A stretch of 64,000 bases of DNA from the NCBI RefSeq assembly GCF_018977255.1, contig NW_024704812.1:62001-126000 (forward strand). Direction: 5' to 3'. This document shows positions 11,837-23,836 of the stretch, in pieces. Origin of the DNA: Callorhinchus milii (taxonomy: Eukaryota). The notes under the pieces are model-generated. The model made no database searches. It saw only the letters and a list, made by a program, of their open reading frames with translations, and was not told where the DNA came from. The number at the start of each line of letters is the position of its first letter. Position 1 is the first letter of the stretch. A program made the translations under genes and the position numbers.

Positions 11837-13143
11837 TTACTTCCCGGGGCCATTACGACGTAAATTGTGATAAATATCTTTTTGGTGCTTTCCAAGGTTC
11901 TGAAACACAATGAATACAGGACAGATCATTACTATCAACACATTTACACAGAGCCTTTCATGTCAGGAGGACGTCCCAAGGAGCTGGACAGTCAGGGATT
12001 TGGATCTGAGCTGTAGGTTGGGATCAGGAGGGGTGGAGGGCGGGGAGGGTGGGGGGTGGGAGGGTGACCAAAGGAGCAGTTGATTGAAGACGAAAGTCTT
12101 GAGACAGGCCTTGAAGGAGGTGAGGGAGGGAGTGAGATGGAAGGATTGTGAGATGGAGTTCCAGAGGATGGGGCAGAGTGACTGAACGCCCGACCGATGG
12201 TGGGGCAGGCGAGGTGGGGGATGTGAAGCAGGCCGGAGGCAGAGGGGTGAGGAGGTCGCAGAGGTAGTGGGGAGCAACGTCATGGAGGGCTTTGAAGGTG
12301 AAGACCAGGATCTTGAACTGTATGCTGTGTGTGATGGGAAGCAGTGGAGTCGGGAAGGGTGGGGCTGATGGGGGGCAGAGCCTGGGGTGGGAGAGGACAG
12401 AGCTGCAGAATTAGTTCTGGATGATCTGCAGTTTGTAGAGGGAGGCGTTGGGAAGGCCGACAAGCAGGGAGTGGGCAAAGTCAAGCCTGTATGTGGTGAA
12501 CACATGGATGAGGGTCTCGGTGGCCTGTGGTGAGAGACAGTGGCGGAGACGGGCAATATGGTGGAGGTGGGGAAGGCATAGCAGGTCATGGCATGGATGA
12601 GGGGATGAAGGACAGTTTAGGGTCGTAAAGAACAGAGGTGGGACAGCAAGAGACTGAGCCGGGCTGACACACTGTCCATGTCAGCCATTTGTTTCCTCAC
12701 CATGTAAGGGCCTGAATCCTTCTGGGAGACATTGGCAGAGGAAGCCTAAAATATAACCAAACACAGTTTAGCTATTCAGTAGCAATGTCGTTAGCAGTAA
12801 ATAATAATAACCCTTGCACTTCATACAGCAGCTTATCATGTCATATCTTCGAGACGTCTCAAAGTGCTTCACAGGATACACCGTAAAGTGTAGTGACTGT
12901 GTTTTTATCATAATAATAATAATCCTTGCATTTGATACAGCACCTTATCACGACTTTGAGTCATATCAAAGGGGAGCCAATTGCCTACGGTCCTTGTCCG
13001 GGAATCGAAACCGGATTCTCTCGCTTGCGAGCCGAGTGCTCTAACCACTGAGCTACAGGACTGCACAGAACTTACTCTGACATCAATGTTCTCGTAGTGT
13101 GGTTCCCACTCTGTCTCTCGCTGTGCACTGCGGGGTGTCTTGG
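11837..13143 (-). CDS. g2 cytoplasmic exons Cyt1-3 (AKTPRSAQRETEWEPHYENIDVR / [15 protein letters not shown] / [20 protein letters not shown])
   Basis: Exons of 68, 45 and 63 nt with ag/gt boundaries; homologous to the g3-g5 tails; frame preserved. Confidence 0.7.
11960..12640 (-). mobile_element. L2-type LINE fragment in the Cyt2-Cyt3 intron (shared by g2-g5)
   Basis: Degenerate RT C-terminal motifs; homologues at 23960-24520, 38810-39370 and 51560-52110. Confidence 0.7.
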
Positions 13144-16100
13144 CTAGAAAATAAACAACAACTTGTTTATTCAAAGGCGCAGCCTCTGATGGTGGGATAG
13201 AGGGAACGAGGGATAAGCAGGAGGCCAGAGGGGGGGTTGAGCAGGTCGGAGAGGTAGGGAGGTACTAGGGCATGAAGGGGTTTGAAGTCACGTCAAATTG
13301 GAAGAAGTTCTCTCCCATTGCGTTAGTGACATGGCATTGATATGTGCCCTGATCGGTTGCCTGGAATTTACTGATGAGCAGTTTAGAGAAGGTTAGTCCT
13401 GAGGTGATGATGAACTTGCCGTCAGAGCCAGTGATGGAGTTGTCTTCCTTCGACCATGTAAAGTGTGCGGGCAGCAGGCCAGGGTCTGACACCCGCACTG
13501 TGTCTGTCAGTGACACGTCTAAGGTCACATCTGCCTCCTTCCCCACTTCCACCTGAGGCTCAGACCCTGACGCTCTCTGGGGTTTATCTGTGTAACAGCA
13601 CAGACAGCGTTCAGCAAAACAGCAACACAGTCACCCCAACAGTTAGTAGGAATAATAATAATCCTCCCGTTTGATACAGCGCCTTATCACGCCATCGAGA
13701 CATCTTAAATCCTATCTAAAGACCTTCCTCTTCGACCAACCGCACCTTCAGCCACCCTCCCACCCCCCAACCCACCCCCCTGCCCTCCACCCCTCCTGAC
13801 CCCAACTCCCAGCTCAGGTCCAAAAACCCTGACTGTGCAGCGTCCCGGGACATGTTTGCGACGTGAAGGGCGCTATACAAGTGTAATTTGTCATCGTTGT
13901 TGTTGTTCAGCCCTCAAGTCCTCACCAATGACTATAGAGCATTGACTGTCAGAGACAACATGGCGTCCAACACATGTGAAGATCTCTCGGGAGCTGAGCT
14001 GATCCTTTGTGATGGTGACATTCCCCTCGTTTGTCGCATTGACAATCGTCTGTCCGACCTTCAGCTGAAGGACAGAGTCTGGCACCCCACCAGCCCAGGA
14101 GCACATCAACACCAATGCTGTTCCTTTATCTGCTGCTCCGCATGTGATCTGCTGTGTGGGAGCCCCTTGAACAAGGCAAAGACAAACAGTCCAGTTATTG
14201 GCTCCACCTTGAGTTGTCCCCACCCTCGCCCGGCTCCACTCGCTCCCCATCCCTCAGAGGATACTGTTCAAGATCCTGGTGCTCAGCTTCAAAGCCCTCC
14301 ATTGCTTCACTTCTCCCTCCCTACCTCTATGGCCTCCTAACCCCCGACCAACCTGTCCGCTCCCTCCGCTCAGCGGGTGCTGCACTGCTCCATGTCCCCT
14401 CCCGCCTGCCCCACCGTCAGTGGTCGGGCCTTATGTCTGTGTTTGGGCCTTAGGCCTCTCTGCCCCCACCCTCTGAAACTTCCACAATCCCTCTGCCATG
14501 CCGCCCTCGCCTCCTTTATAACCCATCTCAAGATTTCCCTCTTCGACAGACTGTGCCGTCGGTCAACCTCCTACACCCATCTCCCTGCCCTCCAACCCAC
14601 CTGATAGCAACCCCCAGCTCAGGTGTGGGTCCCTGACTGTCCAGTGCCTTGGGACATCCTCCTGACGTGAAAGCCACTGTGTAAATGTCATGTGTTGTTA
14701 TTTAGACAGTGCCAATTTTGACTGAGATCTAACTCACTGTACACGAGGATTGAAACCTTCTCCGTGCGGCTAATCGTGGTGTAATCGCTCTCCACATTGC
14801 AAGTGTAATCCCCGCTGTTGTGGAACGTGAGGCTCTCTATAGGCAGCTGTGAGGTGTTGCCGGCAATGACTGTGGTGTTATGTGTCCACCTGTAGTTGCC
14901 CTCTGGGAAACATTTCGTCTGACAGTTGAGGGTCATAAATCTCCCTCCTTCCCACAGTACTGTCCTGGGAAGAAGCTGTCACATAGCTCCAGCCCGATCA
15001 CTTCAACTGTGGGTGGATCAGGGCCATCTGAAAGAATAAGCATTAAACTGTGACATAGATAGATAAATGGATGGCAGATGATAGTGTGAGAGAAACAGCC
15101 TTTTTACATGTATCACAGATCTCTGGCTGTTTGTGGGACGCTGCTGTGCGCAATTGGCTGCCGAGTTTTGCCCATAAAATCTACAGTCAATTCACTTGAC
15201 AGTATATTCTGTGAAGCGATTTGAGACGAGGTAAGGTGTTTTTTTTGGAGGGGTTAATACCTCCCGAAAAGTGATCTGCCAATCGACTAACAAGGGTTCC
15301 CACTTACTGCTCCGTAAGTAATGTGGTGTGTGTGTGTGTGGGTGTGCTTGTGGGGTGTGGGGCGCGGATGTGGGGTGTGGGTGGAGTAAGGAAAGTTGCT
15401 TAAGGTTTCGCTCTGACCCGCCCGGGAATTGAACCCAGGTCCTCTCTTGCTTGATTGTCAAATGCAAGGATGATTCTTATTCTTATGATGATAACTATGA
15501 TCATTATTATTGTTATTATCATTATTATTATTGCAGCTCAGGTCGCGTGAGGCTGAATTTAAGGTGATCTGTGGGTCATGGAGTTTAAAGCGAGTCAGGG
15601 TTCCTGTTCCTGGTCCCTAAACTCCCTCTCGGGCTCAAGTGTGGGTGTTGCAGTCTGGTGGGGAGATTAGGTTTGTCTGTGGTGCCCTCTACAGTCAAGT
15701 GGCCGATTGACACTCAAATAGTGATGGGATCTTTAACCTGAACAGGCAGATAGTTTAACGTCTCATCCAAACAACGGCTCTTCCAATGACAATAATAACT
15801 AGCTCCGTGGTTAGAGGCATTCCTTATTTGTGTTTGATTCCCAGCAGGGGGTGAATGCTTGGGCAAGTTTCCTTACTCCACACGCCTGATAATAATCCTT
15901 CAAGAAAATAAATTGGTGACTTCAATCTACGGCTGTTTGTGGGACGTTGCTGTGCGCAATTGTCTGCCGCGTTTTACCCACAAATATACAGTCAATTCAC
16001 TTTACAGTATATTCTGTGAAGCGTTTGAGTTGTCTAAAACACATGAAAAGCACTGTATCAAATGCAAGGATTATTATATTAGTTATAGAGCAAAACGTCG

Positions 16101-19026
16101 GCCAAGTTTCCGTACTCCCAAACACACCCTCTGTTTACTGAGCAGTAATTAGGAACCCTTAATTAGTCGATTGGTGGATCGCTAACTGGGAATCAAACCA
16201 AAGAGCTCTCACTTGCGAGGTGAGGGCTCCAACCACTACAGGACCCCACTGTTTGTTCCTCCATCCACAGCATCAAACCCCAATGTAGAATATTCCAGCA
16301 TTGCATTGGAGCTTCAGTCTGGACTACATGAGTTCCAAGTACTGACGTGAGGCCACAACCTTCTGACTTATAGAGAGCTGAGCCAGGCTGGAACAAGTAG
16401 GGATACACGTGGGCCAACTGCACTGTCCTGTTCAGCTCACGTTGATCTGGTTTTAACACCACAGCAAATATACTCACAAGTTATCACCAGCTTCACTGGT
16501 TTGCTGCTGTCACTGCCCACCAGGTTACTGGCCGTGCAGATAAACCCTCCACTGTCGCTCCTGTGTACGGGGCTGATTGTCAGAGTGCTATTATCTGCAG
16601 ACAGTGTGTAACGTGGGGTTACAGGTAACGGGTGTCCATCCAGTGCCCAGGAATAGGTGGGGAACGATCCCATCGCTGTACATCTCAGTGTCACTGTGTC
16701 TTCATTCTCGATAAATATCTCCTTGTCTGGACTCAGGCTGATGCTCACATTGGACACCAGGGCTGTAAGATAACGCGTTTCATTTCATTCTGAAACTTTA
16801 CTGACCTCACACTTTATTTCTGACACTGATAATAATAATTCAATGAAGTGAATTGACTGTATATTTTCTGGGCGCAACACGGCAGCCAATTGTGCACAGA
16901 GTCTCCCACAGTCGTGGATTGAGTGAGGAAAATATAATTGCTTCTTTAACAAGGACTGGGTGGCCTTTTTTGTGGTGGTGGGGGGAGAGAGAGACACACA
17001 CACAGAAACACAGAGAGCCACATACACACACACACAGACTCAGAGAGAGACTCACACACTCATAGAGAAACACACACTCAGAGACAGAGAGAGAGACTCA
17101 CACTCACAGATAGACAGACACAGAGAGAGACACACACTCTCACAGATACAGAGAGGGATACATTTGTATAGCGCCTTTCACGTCGGGAGGATGTCCCATA
17201 GATAGAGACACACTTACAGTCACGTAATCCACAACTGTTTGTGGGACACTACTGTGCGCAACGGGCTGCTGCGTTTCGCCCATAAATATACAGAATTCAC
17301 TTTACAGTGTATTCTGTGAAGCGCTTTGAGATGTCCAGAAGATGTGATACTGTGCTATATCAAATGCAAGGATTATTTATTATTTATTATTACAGATACA
17401 GAGACACACATACAGGCACATCCACAAACACACAGAGGGAGACACGGACACACAACAACACACAGATACTCGCAACAGAGAGGTACACAGAGACACACAG
17501 ACACTCTCAAACAGAGAGATACACAAACACACAGAGACACATAGACACTCACGAACAAAGAGATACACAGGCACTCACGAATGCATAAAGAGGCATACAC
17601 ACACTCATACACACATGCACAGAGACACACACTCACAAACTGAGAGANNNNNNNNNNNNNNNNNNNNNNNNNNNNNNNNNNNNNNNNNNNNNNNNNNNNN
17701 NNNNNNNNNNNNNNNNNNNNNNNNNNNNNNNNNNNNNNNNNNNNNNNNNNNNNNNNNNNNNNNNNNNNNNNNNNNNNCAGAGACACACAAACACTCACAT
17801 TCCCTCTCTCAAATTCACACACAAACAGACAGACATACTCAAACTCACACAGCAGACTTATATACACACACACAGACAGACACTCTCTCTCTTACCTTCA
17901 CACACTCTCACACACACAGACAGACACACACACAGACACTCACACTCCCTCTCTCACCTTTACACACAAACTCACACAGAGACAGACATACACAACCTCA
18001 CACACAGACCTATACACACATTCTCACACAGAAACTCACACACATACAGTCACACACACACATACAAACACAATACTCACTCTCAGTCATACATACACAG
18101 ACACACCCTCATACACACACCACCACACACACACTCTCACACACAGACAATCACACACAATCACAATAGTAGTGAATCCAAGGATGCGGCCCGCGGGCCA
18201 CCAGTTGACCGTCCTGCTCTAACCAACACCCTACAGGACTCCACAGGGCTTGAAACACAACCTGCTGATTGAAGTGCTGCCGACTGAGTCAGGCCGACAC
18301 CAAGGTCTGCCCTTTGACAAACCCCCAGGCACAAAGTTGATTAATTGATCAGTTTCAGAGTGAGTTTGTCGCCGGTCTGTGACCATCACAAGATCTCAGT
18401 CTCTCTCTGTATCCAACACATTAATTCAGTTCCACCGAGAAACCTGATATGTGGAACTGTTTAAATGAAATCTATTTCAGGAGAAATTAATGATATTTAG
18501 TGAAATCTCTGTACTGTGTAATAATAATAATAATAATAATCCTTGCATTTGATATAGCGCTTTTCACGTCGGGAGGATGTCCCAAAGCGCTTCGAGTGTA
18601 AACTAATGTGTAAACTAATCACCCCAGCCCTCACACACACTGAACTCTGTACTCCCACCACCCCAGCCCTCGCCAGGCCCCACTGGCTCCCTATCACACA
18701 CTAAACCCTGTACCCCATCACCCCTGCCCTCGCCAGGCCCCACTGGCTCCCTATCACACCCTTCTGTTTGTCCTTCGCTCCCTCTGCTCCATCATTGGTG
18801 ACCGTACCTTCAGCCACTATGCCCTGAAGCTCTCCCTATCAACCCCTCCATCTCGCCCCCTCACTCCCCACCTTCAAATCACGCCTATTTAATTGTATTT
18901 ACCGTCACCTCCCCCCTCCCTCTCCCACCGGCTCGGGGTCAGACTCTGCCCCTGTCCAGCGCTCTCGGACTCTACCCTATGTGAGGAATGTGGTGTAAAT
19001 GCAAGTTGTTGTTGTTGTTTACTCAC

Positions 19027-19350
19027 TGTGAACACGCAGTTGTAAAGCTGCTGTGGCTGATCCGTGGTATAATTCAAACACAATCACTGAGTACGAACCG
19101 GAATCAGCCGGAGTCACTGTGTCCAGACGTAGAGTGGCATTGTTGGGGTAAAGCTCAGCCCGACCCTGGTAGTCTCCAAAATATTTCACTGTTGTTCCCT
19201 GTGCTGTTGCGATTGTGGAGCTGGTGTTGGCTTTCCATGATATGCTAAAACTTCCCTGTTCACTGGGCATTACCAGGAAGTACACAGATTGTCCGGCTGT
19301 GGCTTCTATGTGACTCTCAGTAACGGTCAGACTGAAAGCTCCCACCTGCT
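19027..19350 (-). CDS. g2 IgV exon
   Basis: ORF 19019..19372. 324 nt between the ttacag| acceptor and |gtgagt donor; open frame, phase 1-1. Confidence 0.9.
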
Positions 19351-20396
19351 CTGTAACACATAACACACACAACAGTCAATCAATCACAGTGTAATAATAA
19401 TATTAATATTAATCCTTGCATTTGATCTAACGTCTTATCACGTCTTTGAGATGTCTCAAAGCGCTTCACAGAATCTACTGTAAGTTGAATTCACTGTATA
19501 TTTTGTGGGCAAAATTTTGAAGGAATTATTACTCCCAAAAAAAGCGATCCGCCAATCAACTAACAACCGGGTTCCTACTTCCTGCTGGTAAACAGAGGTG
19601 TGTGTGGAGTAAGGAAACTTGCCCAACAATTTGCTCTCCCGGGAATCAAACCAGGTCTCTCACTTGCGAGGCAAGTTCTTTAACCGCTGAGCTACAGGAC
19701 TTTACAATTCAGAACTCTCTCAACTATTCAGTGAGTGAGTAGTAAACTTATTGAACAGGATCCCGATGGAGACAGACGGTGGAAGCAGAAAATGTCATTT
19801 GTTTCAAGATCAACTTTGATAGATTTTTACTGGAAAATAATATCTTGGGATACAGTATATAGACACACACAGACACACAGGAGTTACACACACACACAGA
19901 GACATACACACACAGACACACAGACATAGAGAAGGAATCACACACACACAGAGACACACACACACATAGACAGAGACACACAATCACAGAGAGAGACACA
20001 TACAGAGAGACAGAGACACACACACTGAGAGACAGACACACACACACACAGACAGAGACACACACTGAGAGATAGACACACACATACACAGAGTGAGAGA
20101 GACACACAGTATATAGTTTGTGACACGACATGTCTAGCGACTGCCAGGACGGTGGGAGATGAACGAGATGGACCTTTGCTTATGTTGTTACCAGTAACTC
20201 ACTCAGATTAGTGACCAGAATGAGCAGAGCAGCCACCAACATCCTCGCGGCTGGAAACCACCACATATACACGTTAGGGAGAGAGACAGAGACAAACTGA
20301 ATATGGGCTGTCACCTGAACGCAGGGCAGAGTCTGCTGTTAATCATTACTGTTACTGTAGGGAGACCCTGACACTGGCTCTAATGGCACCCGGTGC

Positions 20397-20456
20397 ACTT
20401 TCACTTTGTCAGGAATTAATATGTTAATTTATGAGATAAATAGTTTTACTTCCTGT
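20397..20456 (-). promoter_or_regulatory. g2 proximal promoter: IRF element (AAAGTGAAAGT), GATA (AGATAA), ETS (ACAGGAAGT)
   Basis: Motifs 130-190 nt upstream of the ATG, conserved in g3 and g5 (g4 lacks the GATA site); function inferred. Confidence 0.5.
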
Positions 20457-21826
20457 AAGACACATTTTACGCCCTCACTATTTTTAATATTATTATAATA
20501 ATAGTCCTTGCGTTTGACACAGCGCCTTATAACGTTTTTGAGACTTCTCAAAGTGCTTCACAGGATACACTGGGAAATGTAGTGACTGTGTTTTGTGGGA
20601 GAAACGCAGCAGCCAATTCCGCACAGCAATGTTCCACAAACAGTAGAGGATTGAGTGCCGTAATTGTTATTTTTTTTTGAGCAATCCTGCATTTGATACG
20701 GCGCTTATCACATCTTCGAAACGTCTCAAAGCGCTTCACAGGATACGCTGTACAGTGGAGTGACTGTGTGTTTTGGGGGCTGAAATGTGGCAGCCAATTG
20801 CACACAGTGACGTCCCCACAAACAGTTGTGGATTGAGTGACCACATTATTATTATTTTTTAAAAGATATTATTGCCCCCAGGAAATCGATCCCCCAATCG
20901 ACTAACCCCCGGGTTCCTACTGACTGCTGGTAAACAGAGGTGTGAGTAACAAGTGTGTGTGTGTGGAGTAAGGAAACTTGCTTAAGGTTTTGCCCTGACA
21001 CACCCAGGAATTGAACCCAGATCCTCTCGCTTGCGAGGCGAGCGCTCTAAACCCCTGAGCTACAGTGGAGACAAGATATTCGCTGAGGTACAAGTTTAGT
21101 GTGTTCAGTGACTGTTTAGGGATGTGTTCAGGGTCATGTTTCGTTACCCCATCACCCCCATCTTCGTTCGGCTCCACTGGCTCCCCATCACTCAGAGGGT
21201 ACAGTTCAAGCTCCTGGTCCTCACCTTTAAAGCCCTCCATGGCCTCACTCCCCCCCACCTCTGTGAACTCCTAACTAACCCCCTACCAACCTGTCCATTC
21301 TCTCCACTCAGTAGCCTCCGGCCGGCTTCACATCCCCCACAAGTGGCTGTTGGGCCTTCAGCCTCTCCACCCCCTCCCTCGCCTCCTTCAAGGCCAGTTT
21401 CAAGACCTTCCTCTTCGACCATCACATCTTTGGTCACCGTCCTACCTTCCTCCTCCCCGTCCTCTACCCTTCCTGATCCCAACCCCCATCCTGGGTATAA
21501 ACCTCTGACTGTCCAGCGCCTTGGGACGTCCTCCTGACATGAACATAATAATCATTGCATTTGATATCGCGCCTTATCATGTCGTCGTGACATCTCATTC
21601 ATAGAACAGACTGTAGAGTGGAGTGACTGTGTATTTTGTAGCCAAAACATGGCAACCAATTATCATGTCATTGAAGTGGCTCAAAGAGCTTAGCAGGATA
21701 TGCTACTGTAAAGTGTAGTGACTGTGTGTTCAGTGACTGTGTAGTGACTGTCAGGGATAGTGTGCACCCCACCACACTCCTAACCTCTGACACAAGATGG
21801 AATTATTGCGGTCAAACCAAAGGAAT

Positions 21827-21832
21827 TTTATT
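21827..21832 (-). terminator. Candidate polyA signal (AATAAA) of g3; homologues at 10445-10450 (g2) and 36697-36702 (g4)
   Basis: Conserved AATAAA in a non-repeat block 1.4-2.0 kb after each stop codon, followed by a GT-rich stretch (tttggtttg). Confidence 0.4.
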
Positions 21833-21854
21833 ACCAGAAGAAGATAACAAGAGA

Positions 21855-22290
21855 GAAATGTGGAGAGACGAGAGAAGCTGAGATTGTTCTCCTTAGAGCA
21901 AGAGGAGGATAGGGGAGATCTAATATAGGTGTTCAAAATGATGAGGGGTTTTGATAGAGTAAATAGGGAGAAACTGTTTCCACTGGTGTGTGGGTCAGTA
22001 ACGGGAGAACATAGATTTAATATAATTGGGAAAAGAACCAGAGGGGAGACGAGGGGACATTTACGCAGCGATTTGTTACGGTCTGGAACGCACTGCCGGA
22101 AAGGCTATGAAATCAGATTCCATAGTAGCTTTCAAAAGGGAATTGGACAGGGACTTGAAAAGGAAAAATATGCAGAGATACGGGGTAGGAGCGGGGGAGT
22201 GGGACTGATTGGGCAGCTCTTTCAAAGAACCGGCACAGACACGATGGGCTGAATGGCTTCCGCCTGTGCTGTAAGATTCTGTGATTCCAT
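21855..22290 (+). mobile_element. CR1 LINE 3' end (copy at 36735-37160)
   Basis: EKLRLFSLEQ..RGDL..VFKMMRGFDRVNREKLFPL, the CR1 ORF2 C-terminal signature. Confidence 0.85.
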
Positions 22291-23836
22291 AATCATAATA
22301 ATAATAATCATTTGATATAGCGCCTTAACACGTCGAGATCTCAGAGCTCTTCACAGAGTACACTGTAAAGTGAATTGACTGTATATTTGTGGGCGAAACG
22401 CGGCAGACAATTGCGCACAGCAGTGTCCTACAAACAGTCGTGGATCGAAATAGCCAATATATTATTTTTTGTAAGGAATATTACCCCCAGAAAAGTAATC
22501 CACCAGTCGACTAACAACCGTATTCTTACTTACTGCAGTGTAAACAGAGGCGTGTGCGTGTGAAATAAGGACATTATGCCCCGACGCGCCCAGGAATCGA
22601 ACAAAGGTCCTCTCGCTTGTGAGGCGAGTGCTGTAACCACTGAGCTGCAGGACTCCAACGATAAAACCCCTGACAGTTAACCACCCGGAGCTCAGTGACC
22701 TGTTAGTTAGGAATGTCTGGAGTTAATCGCTGTACAGCTCAAAGGTTTCAGTTGGTTTGAAGCAGTGATTTCATGTGGAAGTGAAAGCCATTGTAAGATT
22801 AGTTCACTCATAAAGCTGGCTCGTGGCCTCAGATTCCTGTACCTTGCCTGCAGCTGGCTGGGATAATAATGGTAATAACAACAATAATAATAATAATAAT
22901 CCTTGCATTTGATATACGCTTTTCACGTCTTCAAGACGTCTCAAAGCGCTTCACAGAATAGTGAATTGACTACATTTGTAGGTGAAACACAGCAGCCAAT
23001 TGTACACAGCAGTGTCCCACAAACAGTCGTGGATTGGAATGACCAATTTATTATTGTTTTTTTTGAGGGATTATTATCAGGGTGTGGAGTAAGGAAACTT
23101 GTCCAAGGCCTCGCCCGGCCAGGAATCGAACTCAGGTCTCTCACTAATAATAATAGTAATAATAGTAATTCTTGCAAAAAAGACAAATTGGTCACTTCAA
23201 TCCACAACTGTTTGTGGGACACCTCTGTGCAATTAATTGGCTGTTGACTAACAAGCGAGATTACTTTCTGCTTGGTAAACAGAGGCGCGCGCGCGTGTGT
23301 GTGTGTATGTCTGCGTATGTGTCTGTGTGTGTGGAGTAAGGAAACTTGCCCTACGTTTCACCCTGAATACTGAACTCCTGGTAAATAACATTAACTTCTC
23401 AGTGAGCCGATAAGTCACAACAACAACAACTTGTATTTACACAGCGCCCTTTATGAGGGTAGCGTCTCGGAGTGGTGGAGCCTGACGCAGAGCCAGTTGG
23501 AGGGGAGAGACAGGCAGAAGGTGACCGTGAGCATGGTCAAAGAGAAAGATTTTCAGTCTTGATCTAAAAGAGGGAGAAGGATAGGAGAGGGGAGGAAAGG
23601 GGGAAAGGCGGAGTGATCGGGGGAGAGAACTCCACAAAGTCTGACAATACGACCCCCCATGATGGATCAGAGGGCACGAGGGACACGCAGGAGGCCGGAG
23701 GCAGCCGAGAGGAGGCAGTGGGTAGTGGGTTGGGGGGGTCAGCAGGTCGGAGAGAGAGGTAGGGAGGTGCCAGAGCCTGAAGGGATTTGTAGATGATTGA
23801 AAGGATCTTGAAATTGATCTACGTTGTCACAGCTAT

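Larger units (their letters stand above)
11837..20266 (-). pseudogene. g2: TM-deleted paralog (leader-V-C1-C2-C3-C4 then stop; orphan cytoplasmic exons); soluble form or pseudogene
   Basis: Exons: leader 20266-20203; V 19350-19027; C1 16762-16478; C2 15027-14738 (290 nt, -1 vs paralogs, giving GAT TTA TGA); C3 14165-13926; C4 13587-13265 (3' end deleted, reads FDVTSNPFMP*); no TM exon; Cyt1 13143-13076; Cyt2 12745-12701; Cyt3 11899-11837. Confidence 0.7.

Noticed and set aside
16193-16477. Conserved ORFs after C1 ([12 protein letters not shown]... and the CEYICCGVKTRST* read-through)
   Set aside because: Intron sequence conserved by recent duplication and partly SINE-derived; no evidence of use as a secreted-isoform exon.
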